From a virus (taxonomy: Duplodnaviria > Heunggongvirae > Uroviricota > Caudoviricetes), in the IMG/VR virus record IMGVR_UViG_3300020721_000006: 64,000 nt of DNA. One strand, written 5' to 3'. How positions within the stretch are numbered: position 1 is the first letter of the stretch; each line of letters starts with the position of its first letter. The notes under the pieces are model-generated. The model worked only from the letters and a program-made list of their open reading frames with translations. It did no database searches and was not told the origin of the DNA. Positions 44,140 through 51,839 of this stretch are shown in pieces. The translations under genes and the position numbers were made by a program.

Positions 44140-44958
44140 ATGATGAGAATACTAGTTACCGGCGCCAACGGGTTCATTGGACGAAATATGCTTGAATGGT
44201 TAGCACAAGAAGAATTCTGGGATGTTGAAATCTGGAACTGGGATCCAAATAACTATCCTGATGTACGACGATATAAATGGGTTATCCACTTAGGAGCGGT
44301 TACCGATACTAGTGATAAAGATGTTGATACCATTATACACAAAAACTATGAGTTTAGTCAATGGCTTTTTCAAGAATGCAATAAAAATAAAGTTCATTTG
44401 CAATATGCGAGTACACATGATGTATATGGAACTAATAAGAATTTTAGTGAATTTGCACCTTGTCATCCACATACCCCATATGCTTGGTCAAAATACTTAT
44501 TTGATAGATGGGTTTTTCAACAAGAACACAGTGTTTATGTCCAAGGATTCAGGTACTTCAATGTATATGGAAAATATATGTATACCAAGGGAAGTCGTGC
44601 AGATATTATGTATAAATGGAGAGAAGAAGCAAAGTCAACTGGAACTATAAAAGTATGGAATAATGCAGAACACATAAAACGCGATTGGGTATGGGTTGGT
44701 GATGTTTGTAGATTACATATTGATTTTATTAAACAAGTCAATGGATCTGGAATCTGGAATGTTGGGACTGGGTTATCACACTCGTATTTTGACATCGCTA
44801 CTGAAATAGCAGAACAAGAAGATGCTGTTATAGAATTTGTAGAAGCTGGTACTACAGAAAGATATGATGTAAAGGCAGATTTGAAACATCTTAAAGCAAC
44901 TATTGGAAAACGTAAATGGTTGAATATATATGAATGGATTGATAGACGAAATGGATAA
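44140..44958 (+). CDS. NAD-dependent epimerase/dehydratase (SDR family; ADP-heptose 6-epimerase-like)
   Basis: N-terminal TGANGFIGRN Rossmann motif, YAWSK (YxxxK) catalytic motif. Confidence 0.75.
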   Translation: MMRILVTGANGFIGRNMLEWLAQEEFWDVEIWNWDPNNYPDVRRYKWVIHLGAVTDTSDKDVDTIIHKNYEFSQWLFQECNKNKVHLQYASTHDVYGTNKNFSEFAPCHPHTPYAWSKYLFDRWVFQQEHSVYVQGFRYFNVYGKYMYTKGSRADIMYKWREEAKSTGTIKVWNNAEHIKRDWVWVGDVCRLHIDFIKQVNGSGIWNVGTGLSHSYFDIATEIAEQEDAVIEFVEAGTTERYDVKADLKHLKATIGKRKWLNIYEWIDRRNG

Positions 44959-44982
44959 ATATATGATTAGAAGGATTAAATC

Positions 44983-45336
44983 ATGAGAGCAAATGAATTT
45001 TTAAAAGAAGCAAAACTTGGTGTAGAAGCTAAACGAGCAATGCGTGAGGGAAGTCGTCCAGGACGTGGGCACAAACCGGAAGCATGTTATAATATGGATG
45101 AAGAATTTGAATTGGATGAAGCTGGAAAAACACCAAAATCAGTTTGCTTAAGTAAAAAAACTGACAAAGAATTAGGTGCTAGTCAACTTTCATCTTGTAA
45201 AGCACAAGGTTTAAGAAAACGTGATACAAAACGTAAGTTTAAAACTGGTGGAAGTGATGTACCAAAAAGTATTAAAGGGAAGAAAGTACGTAGCTCAGAT
45301 TATGGTGGCCCGTTGCCAAAATGGAAAGGTAACTAA
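44983..45336 (+). CDS. highly basic small protein (internal-protein-like), N-terminus MRANEFLKEA
   Basis: Lys/Arg-rich 117 aa; CTS-like start. Confidence 0.5.
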   Translation: MRANEFLKEAKLGVEAKRAMREGSRPGRGHKPEACYNMDEEFELDEAGKTPKSVCLSKKTDKELGASQLSSCKAQGLRKRDTKRKFKTGGSDVPKSIKGKKVRSSDYGGPLPKWKGN

Positions 45337-45914
45337 TGAGATTCCAAGAATTCAAGGTATTAAAAGAATTAGCAAGTCCACTGAGTATTATATCACAGGC
45401 TGCTGATCTCGCTACTAAATATTCAAACCCATTTTCTGCATTAGGGATTAGTAGTGGAAATGATACTAGTGGTAATACTGCTAGTAATCTTCCAGGTGAC
45501 CAAAATATTAAAATTGGGTCAGGTGGTACAGGGTCTATAAATAAAAATGAAGTATCATCATATTTAAAATCAAAAATGGATGATAACCATAGATTAGGTA
45601 TTTTAGCCAATATAGAAGGTGAGTCACATTTTCAACCAGGAGTATTAGGTGATAAAAATACAAGTGGTGGATTATTTCAACATCATAATGAGAGATTTAC
45701 TAATATGGTAAATTACGTTGGAAGTGATTGGGCTACTGATTGGAAAAATCAAATTGATTTTGCATTATCAGAACCAGAAGGTAAACAATATTTGGCAACT
45801 AGATTTAGGACACCAGAACAGGCAACTGAATGGTGGGTTAGAAATTTTGAAAGACCAAAATATGCAACATCTGATACAAATAAACGTATTGGTTATTTAA
45901 AAAATTTTGGATAA
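45336..45914 (+). CDS. putative virion-associated lysozyme-like (tail/ejection lysozyme-type) protein, N-terminus MRFQEFKVLKE
   Basis: C-terminal block ILANIEGESHFQPGVLGD ... SGGLFQHHNERF ... WKNQIDFALSE ... WWVRNFERP resembles phage tail-lysozyme domain. Confidence 0.45.
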   Translation: MRFQEFKVLKELASPLSIISQAADLATKYSNPFSALGISSGNDTSGNTASNLPGDQNIKIGSGGTGSINKNEVSSYLKSKMDDNHRLGILANIEGESHFQPGVLGDKNTSGGLFQHHNERFTNMVNYVGSDWATDWKNQIDFALSEPEGKQYLATRFRTPEQATEWWVRNFERPKYATSDTNKRIGYLKNFG

Positions 45915-45937
45915 CATTATACTAAGTTAAATACCTA

Positions 45938-46507
45938 ATGAATTTAGGTAATATAGTAGGTAATTTAATAATAGCACCACCATCAGTCAAAGGCAACTTT
46001 TGGTATAAAACAGTTATAATGATAGTTGAACATTATAATTATGGAAGTATAGGTCTAGTCCTTAATAAACGTAGTAATCTAACTATTAATGAGTTGGGTG
46101 AAAAAGTAGGACTAGACTTTGATATACCAGGATTTGTTTATAATGGTGGACCAATTAGTCCCAATAGTCTTTCATTGATACATTCAAATGAATGGGAGTG
46201 TAAAAATACATTAAGAATCAATGATAACTTTTCATTAAGTTCATCAGATAAGATTCTGCCAAGACTTGCCAATGGTGACTTTCCAAATAAATGGAGATTG
46301 ATGTTTGGGATGTGTGGATGGGCCAATGACCAACTGCGCTCAGAAATATCGGGAACTCCACCGTATAATCATACCAATAGTTGGTGTACAGCTTCAAGCG
46401 ACATTGATTTGGTATTTGACCAAGATCAAAAAACACAATGGCAAAATGCGTTAGAAAAATCCGCAGAAGATTTTGCAAAATCAATTGAATTTAAAAGTAA
46501 AATATAA
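45938..46507 (+). CDS. AlgH/YqgE-family protein (UPF0301, DUF179)
   Basis: N-terminal LIIAPPSVKGNFWYKTVIMIVEHYNYGSIGLVLNKRSNL closely parallels E. coli YqgE. Confidence 0.7.
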   Translation: MNLGNIVGNLIIAPPSVKGNFWYKTVIMIVEHYNYGSIGLVLNKRSNLTINELGEKVGLDFDIPGFVYNGGPISPNSLSLIHSNEWECKNTLRINDNFSLSSSDKILPRLANGDFPNKWRLMFGMCGWANDQLRSEISGTPPYNHTNSWCTASSDIDLVFDQDQKTQWQNALEKSAEDFAKSIEFKSKI

Positions 46508-46518
46508 GATTACAGATT

Positions 46519-47031
46519 ATGGATTGTTTATTACTAAATGCATCAGGAATGCCTGTTAGTATAATGCCACTCAGCACTATATCATGGCAGGATTCAATAA
46601 AATATATGGTTTTAGAAAAAGCCGATGTTGTGCTGTGGCACGACAATTGGACCATTCGCTCTGCAAATTGGAAAACTAATGTCCCAGCTGTTCTAATGCT
46701 CCGTGAATATTTAAAACCAAAAACTACAGTAAAATTTAGTCGGGCAAGTTTACTGGTAAGAGATGATGGAATATGTCAATACTGCGGAACTACACTTAAT
46801 TTAAAAACTGCTACAATAGATCACGTTATCCCATCATCAAAAGGTGGAAGAACTAGTTGGAATAATTGTGCACTGTCATGTTCAAAATGTAATTCGGAAA
46901 AGGGAAATTCCTATCCATGGAAGAGCCCATATAATACTCCTTATAAACCTGATTATTTTGAATTAGTAAACAAACGTAAGAAATTTGGTTTTGAAGTTAA
47001 ACATAAGGAATGGTTACATTATATTTTTTAA
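46519..47031 (+). CDS. HNH endonuclease
   Basis: CQYCG ... IDHVIP ... [17 protein letters not shown]. Confidence 0.75.
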   Translation: MDCLLLNASGMPVSIMPLSTISWQDSIKYMVLEKADVVLWHDNWTIRSANWKTNVPAVLMLREYLKPKTTVKFSRASLLVRDDGICQYCGTTLNLKTATIDHVIPSSKGGRTSWNNCALSCSKCNSEKGNSYPWKSPYNTPYKPDYFELVNKRKKFGFEVKHKEWLHYIF

Positions 47032-47808
47032 CGTATCTGATACAGTTTCTGGTGTCCTAAGCCAGAAAGTATATCCAGCAAACTTTCCTTTTTGTATAAT
47101 TTCCCCATCATACTTGTTAATAAGACAATAAATATTTCGTGCTTTAGCACCTATATTTGATGCAAAATCTGGTAGTGATATAAAAACATTAATATTTCCT
47201 TTTGGATCTTTTACAATTAATTTTTTACATTGTTCTCTAGTTTTTTCGTTTCCAATTTTACCGTGTAGTGCCAATTTATTTCTTTCATCGGAATTTAAAA
47301 ACCGTTTGGATTGTGCATTAGAGCAAGTAGCTTTATATATATCCGACATAAATTTTCCTTTATTTTTTGATGGTCTTCCTTTCATAGCTAATGATAATTT
47401 TAGATTTTTTCTGCCTGTATTAGCAAGTCTTGTTTTTTCCACTGCTTCTCTAGGCATTATTCTTCCTGTACATATTTTGGACATATGTATTTTATATTCT
47501 TCGGTATGTTTATATCCATGAGCACCTTCACCACCATCAGTTAGATTTCTTAAAATACCAGTTCCATTATTTTTCCTACCATACCATCGAATTACTCTAC
47601 GTTCAATTGCAAATGCTCCAATACTACTTAAATTTGATTCAATAATAACTATTCGTTTTTTATCAGTTGGGACTTTTACAGTATGGTCATTTGAGAAAGC
47701 TCGATAACCAGTTCCCTTGCCAATATAGTAAGGGGTTCCATCTTTTTTACGAAGATATGCGTATACATAAAATCTAAAAATAGGATCGTTGTTTGTATAA
47801 ATATTCAT
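47014..47808 (-). CDS. GIY-YIG homing endonuclease with NUMOD3 repeats
   Basis: FRFYVYAY ... PYYIGKGTG; [11 protein letters not shown] etc. Confidence 0.8.
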   Translation of the reverse strand: MNIYTNNDPIFRFYVYAYLRKKDGTPYYIGKGTGYRAFSNDHTVKVPTDKKRIVIIESNLSSIGAFAIERRVIRWYGRKNNGTGILRNLTDGGEGAHGYKHTEEYKIHMSKICTGRIMPREAVEKTRLANTGRKNLKLSLAMKGRPSKNKGKFMSDIYKATCSNAQSKRFLNSDERNKLALHGKIGNEKTREQCKKLIVKDPKGNINVFISLPDFASNIGAKARNIYCLINKYDGEIIQKGKFAGYTFWLRTPETVSDTLKNIM

Positions 47809-47876
47809 GTTGATACTCCTTCAAAGTATTAAAGTAGTTAGATGTTGACGCATCGTGAACTACATCTTTATTTATT
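47809..47876 (-). promoter_or_regulatory. HEG leader module: AATAAATAAAG late box + hairpin GTAGTT ... AACTAC + GAAGGAG RBS
   Basis: conserved architecture. Confidence 0.5.
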
Positions 47877-47891
47877 AAAATTATTAAAATT

Positions 47892-48302
47892 ATGAAAAAT
47901 ATACTTTGGAAAATAGCAGGATTTATCTTACTAGGATTGGCATATATCGGAGTAATCACCCCAGGGGTCCCCTTTAGCATTTTTATCGTGGGTGCTGCAT
48001 ATTGCTTTTCTAAAAGCAGTCCTAATATGCATAATTGGATTTATAATCATAAATTATTTGGTCCATTTATTACTAATTGGACACATTATAAGGTATTTCC
48101 AATCAAAGCAAAATACCTCATGGTAGGAATGATGGCTAGTAGTCTAATAATAATGTGGTTTACTACACATAATGAAAAAGCAGTGTTATATGCTGGCATT
48201 ACAATGTTTCTAGTCGTGATATGGGGATGGCGATATCCAGGAAGTATAAAAGAATATGATAATAGAATAGAATTACACAAAAAGATAGGGTGGTTTGTTT
48301 AA
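47892..48302 (+). CDS. YbaN-family inner-membrane protein (DUF454)
   Basis: PGVPFSIFIVGAAYCFSKSSP ... HNWIYNHKLFGPFITNW pattern parallels E. coli YbaN. Confidence 0.7.
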   Translation: MKNILWKIAGFILLGLAYIGVITPGVPFSIFIVGAAYCFSKSSPNMHNWIYNHKLFGPFITNWTHYKVFPIKAKYLMVGMMASSLIIMWFTTHNEKAVLYAGITMFLVVIWGWRYPGSIKEYDNRIELHKKIGWFV

Positions 48303-48337
48303 ATAACATAAATATTCAATAACCTCAAAGGATTTTT

Positions 48338-49051
48338 ATGAAATATATTTTATTACTATTACTAATGGTAGTTGCACCAGTACACGCTGGGGTAATCAAT
48401 GACCAATGTCCACAACTAACTGTAAATGGAACACCATTATATCAACCACATCCAGGTGACCAAGAAATTTGTCATTTGAACTATGCAGTGATTCATAGAT
48501 GTGATGTCAAAGCACCAGTAGCAGTGTTCGAACATCTATCTATGGATGATATGACAGGTCCAGCTAAAAGGAAAGACAACTTCCATCCAGATCCATCTGT
48601 TGCGCCACAATGTTCTGCAACATTAGCTGATTATGCTACTGTTGGTAACAAGTATGATCGAGGACATATGTCCCCAGCTAAGAATAATACACAAAATGAT
48701 GCTGTTATGAGTGAAAGTTTTAATTTGTCTAATATGGTTCCACAAGTTGCCAATAATAATAGAGGAATTTGGAAATCACTTGAAACTATTGAACGGCAAT
48801 GGGCTATGACACCAGGTACTGATTTTTATATTATATCAGGTGGAATTTATGACCCAGGACATTTTGTAACTGGGAATGGATTAGGAATTCCAACTCGATT
48901 ATATAAGATCATAGTTGAAAAGAATAGTAGAACAGTTAAAGCATATTTAATGCCAAATGCGCCATTACCAGTAGCAGATTTACCAAAATACGAAGTACCA
49001 ATGGCTGCAGTTGAAGAAGCAACTCAAATGAAATTTGAGTTGGGTCAGTAA
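48338..49051 (+). CDS. secreted DNA/RNA non-specific endonuclease (NucA/Serratia nuclease family)
   Basis: signal peptide MKYILLLLLMVVAPVHA; catalytic DRGHMSPA and NMVPQ motifs. Confidence 0.8.
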   Translation: MKYILLLLLMVVAPVHAGVINDQCPQLTVNGTPLYQPHPGDQEICHLNYAVIHRCDVKAPVAVFEHLSMDDMTGPAKRKDNFHPDPSVAPQCSATLADYATVGNKYDRGHMSPAKNNTQNDAVMSESFNLSNMVPQVANNNRGIWKSLETIERQWAMTPGTDFYIISGGIYDPGHFVTGNGLGIPTRLYKIIVEKNSRTVKAYLMPNAPLPVADLPKYEVPMAAVEEATQMKFELGQ

Positions 49052-49086
49052 CTCTGATAAATATTAGATATTCCAGGAGAATTAAA

Positions 49087-49455
49087 ATGAAAAGAATGTT
49101 AGTGTTAGTAGCAGTGATATCATTAGTAGGTTGTGCGTATATTCCAAGCAAATGGGATGGAAATGAAGCAAAAGCTATAATTGATATTGAAATGTCAGCA
49201 AAGTATTTTGATTGTGCTAATGTAAAAAGCCAAATCAATGACTTAAATAAACAAGTTGAATGGTTTAATACCTATTCAGTATCACGTGGTTCAAATGATA
49301 TAGTAGCATTATTTGAAGAACTACACAAGACAGTTGCAGAATTTAAAGAACGTAGTGACCGTGGTAAGGTTAGTCCTATGTATTGCTCTTTAAAAAAGAA
49401 AATTATAGAGCAACAAAGCGACATCATTGCCCGCGCAGTGCAAAAAAGATTTTAA
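49087..49455 (+). CDS. lipoprotein (122 aa); candidate partner/inhibitor of adjacent nuclease
   Basis: signal peptide + lipobox LVGC. Confidence 0.55.
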   Translation: MKRMLVLVAVISLVGCAYIPSKWDGNEAKAIIDIEMSAKYFDCANVKSQINDLNKQVEWFNTYSVSRGSNDIVALFEELHKTVAEFKERSDRGKVSPMYCSLKKKIIEQQSDIIARAVQKRF

Positions 49456-49465
49456 GGAGAATAAA

Positions 49466-49699
49466 ATGAGTTTATTAAGTGATATAATTAATAGTGGTCA
49501 ACAATGGGCCATCGATAGAGCTAATTATGCCGTCCAAGTTTCAGAAGCAGTTGCATCTGGTCAATTGAGTGCTGAAGAAGGAAAAGAAATTTTAGCAGAT
49601 CTAATTAGCACAGAAAAACTAGAAGAATCAGCTAATAATGCTCAACTTAGAGCAGCATTGGTAGAATTAGTTACAATCGCCGCTAAAGCTATGGCTTAA
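49466..49699 (+). CDS. hypothetical helical protein
   Basis: GGAGAATAAA RBS before ATG 49466. Confidence 0.4.
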   Translation: MSLLSDIINSGQQWAIDRANYAVQVSEAVASGQLSAEEGKEILADLISTEKLEESANNAQLRAALVELVTIAAKAMA

Positions 49700-49942
49700 T
49701 ACTGCAGTTAACGCATTTATTAAGTCTTCAATCAGTAATTCTTTATCAGTGAACGGATCAGATACCCATATAGTTTCTATAAATTCTTTGCCATGTTTTT
49801 TATAGTGTTTCTTCCAATATGTGCCGGACCCTAGATACTTATAAGGATCAGATTCTGTAGTTTTACCAAAATATTTAAGACCTGTTATTGAATGTTTTTT
49901 AATATAAAGATATGTTGGTGGTATTTCTGTATAAATACACAT
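49667..49942 (-). CDS. short free-standing GIY-YIG nuclease domain (no DNA-binding tail)
   Basis: CIYTEIPP ... LYIKKH ... KYFGKTT motif; real ATG at 49942, ORF-track start is TTG. Confidence 0.55.
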   Translation of the reverse strand: MCIYTEIPPTYLYIKKHSITGLKYFGKTTESDPYKYLGSGTYWKKHYKKHGKEFIETIWVSDPFTDKELLIEDLINALTAVLSHSFSGDCN

Positions 49943-50010
49943 GCTGATGTCCTCCATAGACGTTAGAGTAGTTGGGAACGTCAATTCCGTGAACTACATC
50001 TTTATTTATC
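49943..50010 (-). promoter_or_regulatory. HEG leader module: GATAAATAAAG late box (overlapping hemA stop codon) + hairpin GTAGTT-CACGGAATTGACGTTCCC-AACTAC + GGAGG RBS
   Basis: conserved architecture. Confidence 0.5.
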
Positions 50011-51214
50011 TCGAATACCTTTTCATTACGATAGTCAACGTTTCAACAAGATCGGAAATCATACCATCGGTGTGGTTCGGAGTAGGGGCGAACCTCAATC
50101 GTTCAGTACCAACTTCAACTGTAGGAAAATTTATGGCTTGAACGTAAATGTTATAATCATTTAACAAAATATCACTTATCTCTTTGGCTTTCTTTGCATC
50201 ACCAATTATTACTGGAACAATGTGGGTTTTTCCATCCATCACTGGTATATTGTATTCTCTCATAAGAAATCTTAATTTATTCGCACGTTCTTTAATTTTC
50301 TCTCTTATTTCATTATGATCTTTTAAATATTTCACAGCAGCCAATGCACCAGCACATATTACTGGACTTAGTGATGTTGAGAATATAAACCCAGCCGCAA
50401 TACTTCTGATTGCATCTACTACGATGGCATCAGCAGCAATATATCCACCCTGAACTCCATATGCCTTACCTAATGTTCCATTAACAATATCAACTCGATC
50501 TTGTAATCCAAGTTCTTCTAATAATCCAGCACCAGTTGGACCTATTACGCCTATGGAGTGGACTTCATCAAGATATGTTATGGCATTATACATATCAGCT
50601 AAATCACAAATTTCTTTAATATGGCTAATATCACCATCCATACTGTATACACTTTCAAACACTATACAAGGAGTATTCCCATTTTCAACTGCTTTCTTTA
50701 AACAACTTTCTAAATCTTCTAAATCATTATGTCTGAATATTTGTTTTGGTGCTCTACTATAACTCATACCAACAATTAGACTATTATGATTTTTGCTATC
50801 ACTAATAAATTCAATATTGTTAATGATCTTAGATAATGAAATCAATGATGACTCATTTGCCACATATGCTGAAGTAAATAACAATGCTTTTTCTTTCTTA
50901 TGTAATGATGCCAATTCATGTTCAAGTGCAACGTGGTAATGGCTAGTACCAGATATATTTCTAGTACCACCAGACCCAGCACCAGTCATATCTAATGCTG
51001 TTCTCATTGCATCTAATACTACTTTAGACTGACCCATGCCCAAATAATCATTTGAACACCAATTGACAATGTTCTTAATAGCATATGGGCCATACCATAT
51101 TGCATTAGGAAATTTACCTTGTTCTCGCAGTATGTCATTGAAAACACGATACTTTCCATTATCTTTTAAATTTTGTATTAAATTGTTGAAAGGAGTTTTA
51201 TTAATCATTTCCAT
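50006..51214 (-). CDS. hemA: 5-aminolevulinate synthase (alpha-oxoamine synthase family, PLP-dependent)
   Basis: ALAS-specific blocks: NDYLGMGQ, TGAGSGGTRNISGT, FESVYSMDGD (PLP lysine context), NGTLGKAYGVQGGYIAA, GFIFSTSL, YVQAINFPTV; 402 aa. Confidence 0.9.
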   Translation of the reverse strand: MEMINKTPFNNLIQNLKDNGKYRVFNDILREQGKFPNAIWYGPYAIKNIVNWCSNDYLGMGQSKVVLDAMRTALDMTGAGSGGTRNISGTSHYHVALEHELASLHKKEKALLFTSAYVANESSLISLSKIINNIEFISDSKNHNSLIVGMSYSRAPKQIFRHNDLEDLESCLKKAVENGNTPCIVFESVYSMDGDISHIKEICDLADMYNAITYLDEVHSIGVIGPTGAGLLEELGLQDRVDIVNGTLGKAYGVQGGYIAADAIVVDAIRSIAAGFIFSTSLSPVICAGALAAVKYLKDHNEIREKIKERANKLRFLMREYNIPVMDGKTHIVPVIIGDAKKAKEISDILLNDYNIYVQAINFPTVEVGTERLRFAPTPNHTDGMISDLVETLTIVMKRYSR

Positions 51215-51246
51215 ATTTACCTAAATAGATAATAGAGGAAAAATTT

Positions 51247-51504
51247 ATGGCAGCCAACGGAATTTCAACATTATCTACCAAACAAGCTAAGCAAGAACAA
51301 AAACTTGCAATTGCTGAAGCAAAGCGTCAAGGCAAAACTGTAGCAGTTGATGGAACTATTACAGGTAGTTTAGACAATACTAAAAACTATTACAGACCAT
51401 TACATACATTGGCAATAAACAATTTACCAACAAAGTATAGTGGCAACAATGTAGTAGACAACCCAAATGTTGGTGGGTTAGTTCAAGGCCGTCCCTGGAT
51501 ATAG
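51247..51504 (+). CDS. hypothetical protein (85 aa)
   Basis: AGAGGAAAAA RBS. Confidence 0.45.
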   Translation: MAANGISTLSTKQAKQEQKLAIAEAKRQGKTVAVDGTITGSLDNTKNYYRPLHTLAINNLPTKYSGNNVVDNPNVGGLVQGRPWI

Positions 51505-51514
51505 GAATTAAAAA

Positions 51515-51835
51515 ATGAAAATGAGTGATATTTTACATAGCATAGCAGATATGCTAGATCAAAAAGATGGTGGTTTAGAAGCACCGGAAAATACAGAAAA
51601 ATCAGCAGATGATTTTCAACATGATGTCGATGACGGTGCGGAAAGTGGTGATAAAGATGCCAATATTGGTAATTTTATCCCACCATTACAAACAAAGCTT
51701 GAAATTCTTAAAAAATCTGCTGGAATGGATAACGCATTTAATCAAGATGATGAATTAAATGATATTAAAAAACTTTCAGGTGTTAAACCTATTGCAATTC
51801 AATTTGCAAGTGAAGATAATGATATTGTAGGATAA
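51515..51835 (+). CDS. highly acidic hypothetical protein (106 aa)
   Basis: ORF. Confidence 0.45.
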   Translation: MKMSDILHSIADMLDQKDGGLEAPENTEKSADDFQHDVDDGAESGDKDANIGNFIPPLQTKLEILKKSAGMDNAFNQDDELNDIKKLSGVKPIAIQFASEDNDIVG

Positions 51836-51839
51836 CATA

